The notes under the pieces were generated by a model. That model had not been told where the DNA came from. It searched no databases and worked only from the letters and a program-made list of their open reading frames with translations. From assembly GCA_031291825.1 (NCBI GenBank), contig JARLIG010000009.1:983-64982 (forward strand): a DNA stretch of 64,000 bases. The letters run 5' to 3'. Source of the DNA: Minisyncoccota bacterium (GTDB taxonomy: Bacteria; Patescibacteriota; Minisyncoccia; Phycocordibacterales; UBA9973). This document shows, one piece after another, positions 9,417-19,260 of the stretch; position 1 is the stretch's first letter, and each line of letters opens with the position of its first letter. The position numbers and the translations under genes were made by a program.

Positions 9417-11114
9417 TTATTTCTTTATACGACCATTTTTAATATTTTCTTTCTTTTTATTCAATTCATTTATTTCTTGTAAAATTATTTTTCCTATTGT
9501 TTCATCCGAGGTTTGTTTTAATTTTAACATTTTCTTATTTAATTCCTCATTAATATGTTCTTCTTCGAGACTTAGAAACATTTCCTCTACGCTTTTTTCT
9601 AAATCCTCATTGTTTGTGTAAAATACTTCTGCTTCAAATATTAAGTCTTCTCTTATGTTTTCATATTTTTTAGCGGCCTCTCTCAACCTTTCTAAAATCT
9701 TAGAATCTTTTTTCCAAAAAGCAATTCCGATTAATTTACGCTCAATGTAATCTTTTCTATATAATTTATTGACCATATCTCCTGCTTCTTTTATCTCTTC
9801 TTTTTCATATTTTGATTCTTGCGCAATTTTTTTTAAATCATCTTCTAGAGCCACTTGTGGAATTCCAGACATATCACTAATCTTTTTTAAGAAATAAGTT
9901 TTCTCAATTGAACTTTCCAAAGCATCAACAAATGGTAATATTTTTTCCTTTATTTCTCTACCTGCCTTGCGTCCATCGTTAGAGGTTTCTAAGACTTTAT
10001 TCAACAGAAATTCTATGATGTGTTTAGACTCCTTGATTGCTTGTTTCCATGCTTCCGCGCTACTTTTAGAAATTAAATCTGCTGGGTCAACTCCTTCGGG
10101 CATTTTGACGACCTTCACATCCATACCCAAAGACAGGGCTATTTTCCCCGCGCGAATCGTCGCATTAGAGCCGGCCTTGTCCGCGTCAAAAGCTAAAACG
10201 ATATTTGTAGACAAACGACGAATTAAACCTAAATTAGAAACGACATTTTCTTTTGATACGGTTGAATCAGATAAGGCTGTGCCAGAAGTCGCGACCGTAT
10301 TTCGATAACCAGCTTGGTGAGACAGAATCAAATCCATTTGACCTTCAACTAAAATGGAAAAATTATTTTTACGGATAGAATCTTTTGCTTTGTCTATACC
10401 GTAAAGCACCGCATTCTTGCTGAAAATTGGAGTCTCTGGACTATTTAGATACTTGGCAGACTTTCCGTCGTCTACAAAAATTCTTCCAGAAAAAGCAATC
10501 ACTCTGCCACTCGAGTCACTAATCGGAAACATGACCCGTCCACGAAATCTGTCATACATTCCTTTTTCCGCTTTTTTAGCGAGACCAGCCTGCTCTATCT
10601 CTTTGTCAGAAAACCCTTTGTTTTTAAGGTTAGAATAGAGCAAGCGCCAGTCTACGGGTACAAAACCAACTCTGAAATCAGAAATACTTTTTTCGTTTAA
10701 ACCACGAGCTTTAAGATATTTTAGAACCTCTGTATTCCCTTCTAGGTTTTTTTCAAAAAACAAAGTGGCTTCTTCCATCACCTCATATAATTTTTCTTTT
10801 TCACTCTTATTCTCTTTGTCTTTGGGATTGAAATTTTCAAGCTGCACTCCAGCTCGGTCTGCCAACAGTTTCAGCGCGCCCTTAAAATCCAATCCTTCAA
10901 ATTCTTCCACGAAAGTAAAAATATCTCCTCCCGCTCCACAGCCAAAACAATAATAAGTTCCCCGATCTGGCGAAATGAAAAAGCTAGGTGTTTTTTCATT
11001 ATGAAATGGGCATCGCGCCTTGAGGTTTGTGCCTGCCCTATCCAGCTTTATATAAGACGAGACTACTTCTTCGATTGAAAGCCTCTCCTTAATTTTTTGA
11101 ACGGGAGAATTCAT
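9417..11114 (-). CDS. dnaG: DNA primase
   Basis: CPFHNEKTPSF..CFGC zinc finger, KYLNSPET, EGQMD, FDADKAG TOPRIM. Confidence 0.97.
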   Translation of the reverse strand: MNSPVQKIKERLSIEEVVSSYIKLDRAGTNLKARCPFHNEKTPSFFISPDRGTYYCFGCGAGGDIFTFVEEFEGLDFKGALKLLADRAGVQLENFNPKDKENKSEKEKLYEVMEEATLFFEKNLEGNTEVLKYLKARGLNEKSISDFRVGFVPVDWRLLYSNLKNKGFSDKEIEQAGLAKKAEKGMYDRFRGRVMFPISDSSGRVIAFSGRIFVDDGKSAKYLNSPETPIFSKNAVLYGIDKAKDSIRKNNFSILVEGQMDLILSHQAGYRNTVATSGTALSDSTVSKENVVSNLGLIRRLSTNIVLAFDADKAGSNATIRAGKIALSLGMDVKVVKMPEGVDPADLISKSSAEAWKQAIKESKHIIEFLLNKVLETSNDGRKAGREIKEKILPFVDALESSIEKTYFLKKISDMSGIPQVALEDDLKKIAQESKYEKEEIKEAGDMVNKLYRKDYIERKLIGIAFWKKDSKILERLREAAKKYENIREDLIFEAEVFYTNNEDLEKSVEEMFLSLEEEHINEELNKKMLKLKQTSDETIGKIILQEINELNKKKENIKNGRIKK

Positions 11115-11161
11115 TGTTATTTTTAAAATTTAAAAGTTTTACGGATTAGTTGTTCTAAAAA

Positions 11162-11746
11162 TTATTTAAGATTCAAAGTAGAGATAATAGCTTCGTCAAT
11201 GGCTTTGGTGGCTGAAGAACTATAACCAAGTTGCATGTCCCACTCTGTAGCTGGACTTCCCAAATCCCCATCGTTCAAAGAAGCTTGTTCTGGAGCAAGA
11301 TCGCAATAATATATTTCAATATTTCCAGTAGTATCAAGTCTCGTCAATGTTTTGCCTGAAATCATAAATGAACTTTTTACTTCGTTAGCACCATAATTCT
11401 TGCCACATTGCTCGTGCACGCTTCCATATTCCACAAAAGCTGAGGATGTTGTAGATCCGCCCGGTGCAGCCATGAAATCCACCAAGATAGGAGCGCCTTT
11501 AATTTCTTCCCAATCGCTTGGATATTTAAAAACACCGTTCCATGTTTTCCATGAAGAGGTATCTATAACTGAAGGAGAAGTTGTCGTATTTGTTTGAGCA
11601 ACCGCTGGCGTCTGCGTCACTGGTTGCGCAACAGACACAGGAGCTTGAACTTTTTTGGACCACAAAAAATATCCGCCAACAGCAACGAGAACAACTAGTA
11701 CTCCAACCAAAACTAAACTCGCAAAACCTTTTTGATTATTCTTCAT
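11162..11746 (-). CDS. Surface protein with class III (pilin-like) signal peptide
   Basis: MKNNQKG|FASLVLVGVLVVLV (no Glu+5), Thr/Pro linker, TSSWKTW motif. Confidence 0.7.
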   Translation of the reverse strand: MKNNQKGFASLVLVGVLVVLVAVGGYFLWSKKVQAPVSVAQPVTQTPAVAQTNTTTSPSVIDTSSWKTWNGVFKYPSDWEEIKGAPILVDFMAAPGGSTTSSAFVEYGSVHEQCGKNYGANEVKSSFMISGKTLTRLDTTGNIEIYYCDLAPEQASLNDGDLGSPATEWDMQLGYSSSATKAIDEAIISTLNLK

Positions 11747-11797
11747 ATTATTTTGACTAAATTAATTAATAATAATCCTATAAATTTATTGTTTTGC

Positions 11798-11826
11798 TTG
11801 ACATTGATCTTGCGTAAGATTATACT
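11798..11826 (+). promoter_or_regulatory. Near-consensus sigma70 promoter driving a small RNA
   Basis: TTGACA (11798-11803), 17 bp, TATACT (11821-11826). Spacer holds imperfect palindrome atcttgcgtaagat. Confidence 0.8.
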
Positions 11827-11831
11827 TATTC

Positions 11832-11883
11832 GGTAAATGGCTTCGGCCTCCGAGAAACCCCCGCAAGGGGGTTTCGTCTTTTA
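11832..11883 (+). ncRNA. Candidate ~50-nt sRNA convergent with the PemK/MazF gene
   Basis: After the promoter: ggc-UUCG-gcc hairpin, then gaaaccccc-GCAA-gggggtttc plus T-rich tail. Both canonical tetraloops read on the + strand. No plausible ORF. Confidence 0.6.
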
Positions 11884-12267
11884 TGGCAAGATATTGTGAA
11901 TTTTCTTAATCATTACACTAAAATCACCTTCTTTTATCATACCAATTTTTCTGGAGAGCCTTTTACTATCCAAAAGTCTTATTTGCGATAAAATACCAGC
12001 ATAAGTTTTTCCACTAAGTTCATATTGGTGATAATAATCATTATCTTTTTTTGAACTAGTTAACGGGATTGCTAAAAATATGTTGTTGTTAAATTTTCTA
12101 ATAACTAGAATAGGTCTTTCAAAGAGTTCATTTTTTCCATCTTCTTCATAGCCAATATTTTTACCTAGTGAGCAAAACCATATTTCTCTTTCATGAAAAA
12201 AGATGCCTGATTTCTTGGTTGATAAATCTTTCTTTAATTTATTCCAATCATCATATTCTTTTTCCAT
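11881..12267 (-). CDS. PemK/MazF-family toxin (orphan)
   Basis: EREIWFCSLGKNIGYEEDGK..ERPILVI, AIPLTS, LSQIRLLDSKRL..KIG. Confidence 0.88.
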   Translation of the reverse strand: MEKEYDDWNKLKKDLSTKKSGIFFHEREIWFCSLGKNIGYEEDGKNELFERPILVIRKFNNNIFLAIPLTSSKKDNDYYHQYELSGKTYAGILSQIRLLDSKRLSRKIGMIKEGDFSVMIKKIHNILP

Positions 12268-12273
12268 AAATTT

Positions 12274-15200
12274 TTATTCTTCGACTGTTTCGTCAGCGAC
12301 AAGATTCTTTTTAAAACCAGTTCCAACTGGAATCAATCGTCCAATAATGACATTTTCTTTTAGACCTCGGAGACTGTCTACGCCGCCTTTGATAGCATTT
12401 TCAATCAAGACGCGGTTGGTGTTTTGGAATGAGGCAGCTGACAACCAACTCTTGGTGCGAAGAGAAACTTCTGTAATACCAAGCACTACGGTTTCTGCTT
12501 TAGCCGTTTTGCCTTCAATCTTTTCAACTCTCATGTTTTCTTCGATGAAAGCTGTATTTTCCACAATATCACCAGTTGAGAAGTTAGTTTCTCCAGCTTC
12601 TTTAATCTTGCGGCGAGAAAACATTTGGCGAATAATAATTTCTGTATGTTTTCTAGAGATTGAAGCGCTTTGTAATTCATAAACTTTATTTATTTCGTTG
12701 ATGATGTATTCTTCAACTATTTCTTTACTGCCTAATCTGAAGAGTTCTGCAATATCAGCTGAACCGTCAGTCAAAAGCTGGCCTTTTTTAACTTGGTCCC
12801 CCGCTTTAACGATTGGTGTTCGGCGGAAAGCGACAATATATTCCATTTCGTTCTTCTTGCCATCTTCTTTGCTGTCGGATAAGACTTTAATGATTTTTTC
12901 TTTTGCATCTTTAGCAGTAATCGAAATTACTTCACCATCGGTCTCGGAAATAATTGCTGGGTTTTTCGGAATGCGTCTTTCAAAAATTTCTTCGACACGA
13001 GGCAAACCGGTCGTGATATCTGTTCCTGCGACACCTCCAGAGTGGAAAGTACGAAGTGTGAGCTGTGTTCCTGGCTCACCGATAGCTTGCGCTGCGATGA
13101 TACCAACAGCCTCACCTTCTGCTACCAAACGATTTCTTCCCAAGTCTAGACCGTAACATTGGACACAAAGACCATGAACAGTTTTACAAGTAAGTGGAGA
13201 ACGGACAAACACTTCAGTAAATCCAGCTCCCTCAATGTTGTAAGCTTCTTCTTTGGTAACCAAGAATCCTTTTTTGTAAACCACCTTTCCATCTTTGTCT
13301 TTCAAATCAGCAGCCAAGACACGTCCACGAATATTTTTAGAAAGTGGAATTTCAATTCCAGAAATATTTTCTTTACTAACCATCTTACCTTCTTTTGTTC
13401 CACAATCTTCTTCGGTAATCACAACGTCTTGCGCCACATCCACTAGACGGCGGGTCAAATATCCAGCCTTTGCGGTATTGAGAGCCGTATCCGATGCACC
13501 CTTACGAGCACCGTGGGTAATGGTGAAATATTCAATCGGAGACAATCCTTCGTAGTAAGAAGGGATGATTGGGAATTCCAAAATTTTACCTTGGTTGTTT
13601 TGAATCAAACCGATCATTCCAACAAGCTGAGTAAGTGAACCCATGTTTCCTCTAGCCTTCGAAGTGAATAAGTCATAAGCAGAACCATTTTTATCAAGAG
13701 TAGCTGGTAAAACTTTTTCCAAATTTTTCTTGGTTTGAGTCCAAACCTCAATAATCTTTTGATACTTTTCTTCTTCAGATAACAAACCATCATTCCATTG
13801 AGAAAGAATTTCTTCTTCGAGCTTTTTTCCTTCCGCAATTATTCTAGGCTTTTCAGGAGAAAGAGAAATGTTGTCGAGCCCCCAAGTAGTACCAGACACT
13901 GTTGAGTACTTAAAACCGAAAGCTTTAATCTTATCCAAGATAGCTGGAGTATTATCCACGCCACATTGAATAATAAATTCGTCGAGAAGCGCGGAGAGTC
14001 GGTCATGGGTCATTTCATCGTTGATGTAAGAAAATTCATTAGGTAAAATACTATTGAAGAGCAGACGTCCGACGGAAGTTTCAAAAATTCCTTCGTTGAA
14101 TTTTCGATACTTATGCGTATCAGTAGCCAAAACTTTTATTTTCGCACGCAAGGAAACTACTCCGTAATCATACGCAGTGACAGCAGTATTTGGACTAGAG
14201 AAATATTTACCTTCACCTAGCTCCCCATTTACTCCTTTAGTCATCCAGTAACTTCCAAGCACCATATCCATACGAGGATTCACGATTGGGTCACCATTTT
14301 GTGGCTTCAATAAATTTTTATTTGCCGCCATTAATTCTTTTGCTTCCCATTGAGCTTCTTCAAGCAAAGGAACATAAACAGCCATCTGGTCTCCATCGAA
14401 GTCAGCGTTGAAAGCCTGACAAACAAGTGGATGCACTTGAATAGCATTGCCTTCAATCAAAATAGGGTTAAAGGCTTGGATACCCAGACGGTGCAAAGTA
14501 GGAGCACGGTTCAACAATACATACTTTCCTTTAATAACTTCTTCAAGCATCGCCCAAACTTCACTAGTGCGTTCTTCGATGAGCTTGTTCGCGCCACGAA
14601 TATTGAATGCAAGTTCCGCTTGTAAAATTTTGGAAATAACGAATGGTCGGAAAAGCTCCAATGCCATATGTTTTGGTAATCCACATTGGTTTAAGTTTAA
14701 TTGTGGACCGACAACGATAACCGAGCGACCAGAATAGTCCACACGTTTACCAAGTAAGTTTTGTCGAAACAAACCTTGCTTTGATTTCAAATTGTCGGAA
14801 AGAGATTTTAGAGGACGTTTTTGAGACTGACTCATTGCAGCAGAATCGTTTTGCTTGGCGATAGAGTTGTCAATCAAGGCATCGACTGCTTCTTGAATAA
14901 TTCTTTTTTCATTACGCAAAATAACATCCGGAGCATTGATTTCTTTCAATTTTTTCAGACGATTATTTCTGTTTATCACGCGACGGTAAAGGTCGTTCAA
15001 GTCGGAAGTTGCATGACGTCCACCATCAAGCGCCACCATCGGACGAAGCACTGGAGGAATAACTGGAATAACGGTCAAGAACATCCATTCTGGGCGAATC
15101 TGCGCATAATTCATTGCGCGAATCAAAGAAAGTCTTTTTTGTAATTTCTCTTTTTCCGCCATACTTGCCTTCTCTAGCATCTTCTCAGTCAGAGTTTTCA

Positions 15201-15888
15201 ACTTATTCAAATCCAAATTTTTAAAAATAGAATAAATCGCTTCTGCACCGATATTTGCTTCAAAACAAGTTCCATACTTTAGAGAATAATGATGGAAAGA
15301 AATTTCATTTAAAACTTTTCCTTCGTAAATTTCTCCAATTTCTTTTTTCGTAATAGAAAGCAGACTCTTTAGCTTCTCACGCGTTTCATCGTCCGCAGAA
15401 TTTTTTAATTTAGTTTTGTATTCTTTATCTAACCCAGAGAGAATAGTTTCTTTTTCTTCCTCAAAGACTTTGGTGATGATGTATCCAGCGAAATAAATAA
15501 CCTTTTCCAAATCGGAAACGGAAATATTGAGCAATATACTCATACGAGAAGGCACACCACGCAAAAACCAAATATGCGATACTGGTGTAGATAGTTCGAT
15601 GTGTCCCATACGTTCACGGCGAACAATCGAGCGAGTGACTTCCACTCCACATTTTTCACAGATAATATCCTTATAACGAATTCGGCGGTACTTTCCACAG
15701 TAACATTCATAGTCCTTTTCTGGACCGAATATTTTCTCGTCGAACAATCCCCCACGTTCAGATCTGCCAGTTCGATAATTGATAGTTTCTGGTTTAGTAA
15801 CTTCTCCATAAGACCATTCCTTGATTTGCTCTGGAGATGCAAGTCTTAGCGCAATGCGATCAAATTCAGTTGTGTTTAATGTTTTCAT
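12274..15888 (-). CDS. rpoC: RNA polymerase beta' subunit
   Basis: NADFDGD catalytic motif, Zn-binding CYCGKY..CEKC. Confidence 0.99.
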   Translation of the reverse strand: MKTLNTTEFDRIALRLASPEQIKEWSYGEVTKPETINYRTGRSERGGLFDEKIFGPEKDYECYCGKYRRIRYKDIICEKCGVEVTRSIVRRERMGHIELSTPVSHIWFLRGVPSRMSILLNISVSDLEKVIYFAGYIITKVFEEEKETILSGLDKEYKTKLKNSADDETREKLKSLLSITKKEIGEIYEGKVLNEISFHHYSLKYGTCFEANIGAEAIYSIFKNLDLNKLKTLTEKMLEKASMAEKEKLQKRLSLIRAMNYAQIRPEWMFLTVIPVIPPVLRPMVALDGGRHATSDLNDLYRRVINRNNRLKKLKEINAPDVILRNEKRIIQEAVDALIDNSIAKQNDSAAMSQSQKRPLKSLSDNLKSKQGLFRQNLLGKRVDYSGRSVIVVGPQLNLNQCGLPKHMALELFRPFVISKILQAELAFNIRGANKLIEERTSEVWAMLEEVIKGKYVLLNRAPTLHRLGIQAFNPILIEGNAIQVHPLVCQAFNADFDGDQMAVYVPLLEEAQWEAKELMAANKNLLKPQNGDPIVNPRMDMVLGSYWMTKGVNGELGEGKYFSSPNTAVTAYDYGVVSLRAKIKVLATDTHKYRKFNEGIFETSVGRLLFNSILPNEFSYINDEMTHDRLSALLDEFIIQCGVDNTPAILDKIKAFGFKYSTVSGTTWGLDNISLSPEKPRIIAEGKKLEEEILSQWNDGLLSEEEKYQKIIEVWTQTKKNLEKVLPATLDKNGSAYDLFTSKARGNMGSLTQLVGMIGLIQNNQGKILEFPIIPSYYEGLSPIEYFTITHGARKGASDTALNTAKAGYLTRRLVDVAQDVVITEEDCGTKEGKMVSKENISGIEIPLSKNIRGRVLAADLKDKDGKVVYKKGFLVTKEEAYNIEGAGFTEVFVRSPLTCKTVHGLCVQCYGLDLGRNRLVAEGEAVGIIAAQAIGEPGTQLTLRTFHSGGVAGTDITTGLPRVEEIFERRIPKNPAIISETDGEVISITAKDAKEKIIKVLSDSKEDGKKNEMEYIVAFRRTPIVKAGDQVKKGQLLTDGSADIAELFRLGSKEIVEEYIINEINKVYELQSASISRKHTEIIIRQMFSRRKIKEAGETNFSTGDIVENTAFIEENMRVEKIEGKTAKAETVVLGITEVSLRTKSWLSAASFQNTNRVLIENAIKGGVDSLRGLKENVIIGRLIPVGTGFKKNLVADETVEE

Positions 15889-15906
15889 ATGTTTTTGATT
15901 TATTTA

Positions 15907-18900
15907 TTACTTGTCTCCAGTTTTCTTTAAGTCGACATCAAGCGCCAAACCTCTTAGATAATTTAACAAGACGTTAAATGATGCAGGAGCGTTCGGAGCG
16001 CGAATGACTTCGTTCTTGATAATAGAATCAAAGGTTGCAGATCGACCAAGAATATCGTCAGATTTAATTGTTAACATTTCGCGGAGTGTATAAGCTGCGC
16101 CATAACCTTCGAGTGCCCAGACTTCCATTTCTCCAAATCTCTGTCCACCGCCTTGAGCTTTTCCGCCGAGCGGTTGCTGAGTTATAAGTGAGTAAGGACC
16201 TATTGAACGCATGTGAATCTTGTCTTCTACCATGTGATGCAATTTGAGCATATACATATAACCGACAGCTATGTCTTGTTGAAATGGCTCCCCGGTGCGT
16301 CCATCAAAAAGTTTTAGTTTTCCATTTTCTGGCAATCCAGCTTTTTTTAATTCTTCTCTAATTTCATCATGCTTGGCTCCTAAGAATGGAGGGACGATAG
16401 CTTGATAACCAAGAGAATTTGCGGCCATACCTAAATGCAATTCCAAAATCTGTCCCAAGTTCATACGAGAAGGAACACCGAGCGGTGAAAGAATAATATC
16501 AACTGGCGTACCATCTGCAGTGTAAGGCATATCTTCTTCTGGAAGAATCATCGAGATAACTCCTTTGTTTCCGTGTCGACCGGAAAGTTTATCGCCAACA
16601 GAAATATTTCTAATTTGCGCGACTTCAATCACAATTTTTTTGATAATCCCCGCTTCAAGCGCATGACCCAAGTCTCGAGAGAAAATCTTTACACCGATAA
16701 TACGTCCACGTTTGCCGTGTTCCATACGAAGAGACGTATCTTTTACATCACGAGCTTTTTCCGCGAAGATAGAGCGAAGGAGTCTTTCTTCTGGAGTTAA
16801 TTCTGTTTCGCCTTTTGGTGTAATTTTACCAACCAAAATATCATTTTCTCGAACTTCTGCTCCAATACGAACGACTCCATCTTCATCCAAATCTTTTAAT
16901 TTAAGTTCACCGACGTTTGGAATATCGCGAGTCGTAATTTCGGGACCAAGCTTGGTATCACGAACTATACAAGTAAATTCTTCCACATAAACAGACGTGA
17001 ATTTACTCTTTTTGACTAAACGTTCAGAAATAATAATCGCGTCTTCGTAAGTGGAACCATTCCAAGACAAGAAGGCCACAAAAATATTTTGTCCGATTGA
17101 AATTTGTCCGTTGACAGTACTGGAAGTATCTGCCAAGACTTCACCTTTCTTTACTTTATCACCAACATTCACGAGTGGACGCTGGTGGAAAACAGCAAAG
17201 TTGTTATTTCTCAAGAAATTAACCAAGGTATATGTATGTTCATTTTTTCCTTTAACAATTATTTTCTTTGCATCTACATAAGAGACCACTCCTTCTTCCA
17301 AAGAAAGAATTAGTCTGCCTCCATCTCTAGCTGCTGATTCTTCAATTCCGGTTGCGACCAATGGCATTTCGGGAATAATACAAGGTACTGCCTGCTTCTG
17401 CATGTTACTGCCCATGAGCGCACGGTTTGCGTTGTTGTGTTCCAAGAAAGGAATCATCGAAGTAGCCACAGAAAAAGCTTGGTTTGGAGCGACGTCAATA
17501 AAATCAACTTGGTTTTTGGAAACTCGTCCAGGCTCTGTTTTGATGCGAGCTTCTACCTTATCTTCGGTAATATTTCCATCTTCATCGTAAGGAATACCAG
17601 CATGAGCGATGTTGTACTTTTCTTCTTCAAGCGCATTTAAATAAACTATCTCGCCAGTAATTTTTCCATTTTTAACTTTTGCATAAGGAGTTTCAATAAT
17701 TCCAAAATCATTTATCTTGGCGTAAGTGGAAAGGTGTAAAATGAGTCCAATGTTTGGACCTTCTGGAGTATGAATCGGACAAACTCGGCCGTAGTGCGAA
17801 GGATGCACATCTCGCACTTCCAATCCGGCTCTTTCGCGAGTGAGCCCCCCAGGACCAAGTGCAGAAAGCAAACGAATGTGTTCGGTTTCCGCCAACACAT
17901 TTTCTTGGTTCATGAATTGCGAAAGTTGGTTGGTGGTAAAAAATTCTTTGATACGAGCTTGAAGTGGTCGCTGATTGATTATTTGAATTGGCATCGCGGT
18001 ATCAACATCAATAATCGACATACGGTCTTGAATGTTTCTCTTGATTTGCATCATACCGGTGCGAATTTTTTGCTGAAGAATTTCTCCGACAAAACGCACG
18101 CGTCTTTGACCCAAGTGGTCAATATCGTCTGCCTTGGCATCAGAAGTATTATTTAAAACAATAATATGTGAGATAACAGCCACTAAATCTTCTTTAGAAA
18201 TAGTGCGGCGCGCCATCTCAGCTTCACCCATATCCTTATCAAAACGCTGATTGAATCTGAATCGTCCAACAGGAGAAAGGTCATAACGCTCAGCCGTAAA
18301 TAAGGAATTTATAAATTCTTTAGCATTATCGGCAGTCGCCATATCACCATCTCGTAGACGCTTGTAAATTTCAATATAAGCTTCATTCAAACTCTTGATT
18401 CCCTCTTTTGGAAAAGTCGCTTTAATAGTTTCTTCAGCTTTTGCATCTTTAGAAAATGCCTTCAAAATCATTTCATTCGTCTCATAACCTAAAGCGCGCA
18501 AGAGAGCCGTTGCCGGAAATTTTCGCTTCTTGTCTATACGAATATAAATTCCACCGTCTGCTTCTGATTCTATTTCAATCCAAACTCCACGAGCTGGAAT
18601 AATTTTTGCACCAAAATATTTATTGCCTTTACTTTCTGATTCTGTAAAGAAAACTCCGAAACTTCGAGCTAGCTGTGGCACAATAACTCGCTCCACTCCG
18701 TTGATAATGAAAGTTCCGTGCGTTGTCATGAGCGGAAGGTCCGACATGAAAATTTCTTGTTCTTTCACTGTCCCTAAAATTTTATTCGTCAATTTTACAC
18801 GCGCTTTTAATAAACCCTGATATGAGAGTTTGTTGATTTTAGAATTATTTTCGTCAGTTTTAGATTCACTCAAAGAAAATGAAGTGAATTCTAATTGAAA

Positions 18901-19074
18901 TTTTTTGCCAGAGTAATCGATAATCGGAGAAAATTCTTTAAAGACTTCTCCTATACCATTTTCTACCAACCATTTGAAACTTTTTACTTGAGCTTCAATT
19001 AAATTTGGAAACGGGGTAAGAGGTTTTTTATATCTGTTAAAATACTTCTTCGGACGCTTGGTTACTTCTTGCAT
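15907..19074 (-). CDS. rpoB: RNA polymerase beta subunit
   Basis: GDKLSGRHGNKG, GQRFGEMEVWAL. Likely ATG at 19074. Confidence 0.99.
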   Translation of the reverse strand: MQEVTKRPKKYFNRYKKPLTPFPNLIEAQVKSFKWLVENGIGEVFKEFSPIIDYSGKKFQLEFTSFSLSESKTDENNSKINKLSYQGLLKARVKLTNKILGTVKEQEIFMSDLPLMTTHGTFIINGVERVIVPQLARSFGVFFTESESKGNKYFGAKIIPARGVWIEIESEADGGIYIRIDKKRKFPATALLRALGYETNEMILKAFSKDAKAEETIKATFPKEGIKSLNEAYIEIYKRLRDGDMATADNAKEFINSLFTAERYDLSPVGRFRFNQRFDKDMGEAEMARRTISKEDLVAVISHIIVLNNTSDAKADDIDHLGQRRVRFVGEILQQKIRTGMMQIKRNIQDRMSIIDVDTAMPIQIINQRPLQARIKEFFTTNQLSQFMNQENVLAETEHIRLLSALGPGGLTRERAGLEVRDVHPSHYGRVCPIHTPEGPNIGLILHLSTYAKINDFGIIETPYAKVKNGKITGEIVYLNALEEEKYNIAHAGIPYDEDGNITEDKVEARIKTEPGRVSKNQVDFIDVAPNQAFSVATSMIPFLEHNNANRALMGSNMQKQAVPCIIPEMPLVATGIEESAARDGGRLILSLEEGVVSYVDAKKIIVKGKNEHTYTLVNFLRNNNFAVFHQRPLVNVGDKVKKGEVLADTSSTVNGQISIGQNIFVAFLSWNGSTYEDAIIISERLVKKSKFTSVYVEEFTCIVRDTKLGPEITTRDIPNVGELKLKDLDEDGVVRIGAEVRENDILVGKITPKGETELTPEERLLRSIFAEKARDVKDTSLRMEHGKRGRIIGVKIFSRDLGHALEAGIIKKIVIEVAQIRNISVGDKLSGRHGNKGVISMILPEEDMPYTADGTPVDIILSPLGVPSRMNLGQILELHLGMAANSLGYQAIVPPFLGAKHDEIREELKKAGLPENGKLKLFDGRTGEPFQQDIAVGYMYMLKLHHMVEDKIHMRSIGPYSLITQQPLGGKAQGGGQRFGEMEVWALEGYGAAYTLREMLTIKSDDILGRSATFDSIIKNEVIRAPNAPASFNVLLNYLRGLALDVDLKKTGDK

Positions 19075-19260
19075 ATTGATTGAGTCCTTAGAAAACAACA
19101 AAACGCGAAAGAAAAACAGACGAAAATTTGCTTTTCTTTAGCTTTTTATTAACCTTCCTCGGATAACATTAATTAATAAACTATTAATCAAACGGAGATT
19201 GCATCCGATACTCAATCAATGAATCCAGAGTACCTTACTCTTTTTTTTATTATTTGTCAA
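19075..19260 (-). promoter_or_regulatory. rpoB promoter and structured 5' leader
   Basis: TTGACA (19260-19255), 17 bp, TAAGGT (19237-19232). 11-bp inverted pair 19210-19220 / 19075-19085 plus internal hairpins. Confidence 0.65.

Noticed and set aside
12203-18820. Many 60-160 aa antisense or alternate-frame ORFs over rpoBC and other genes
   Set aside because: Shadow ORFs of long conserved genes with no motifs or expression signals.
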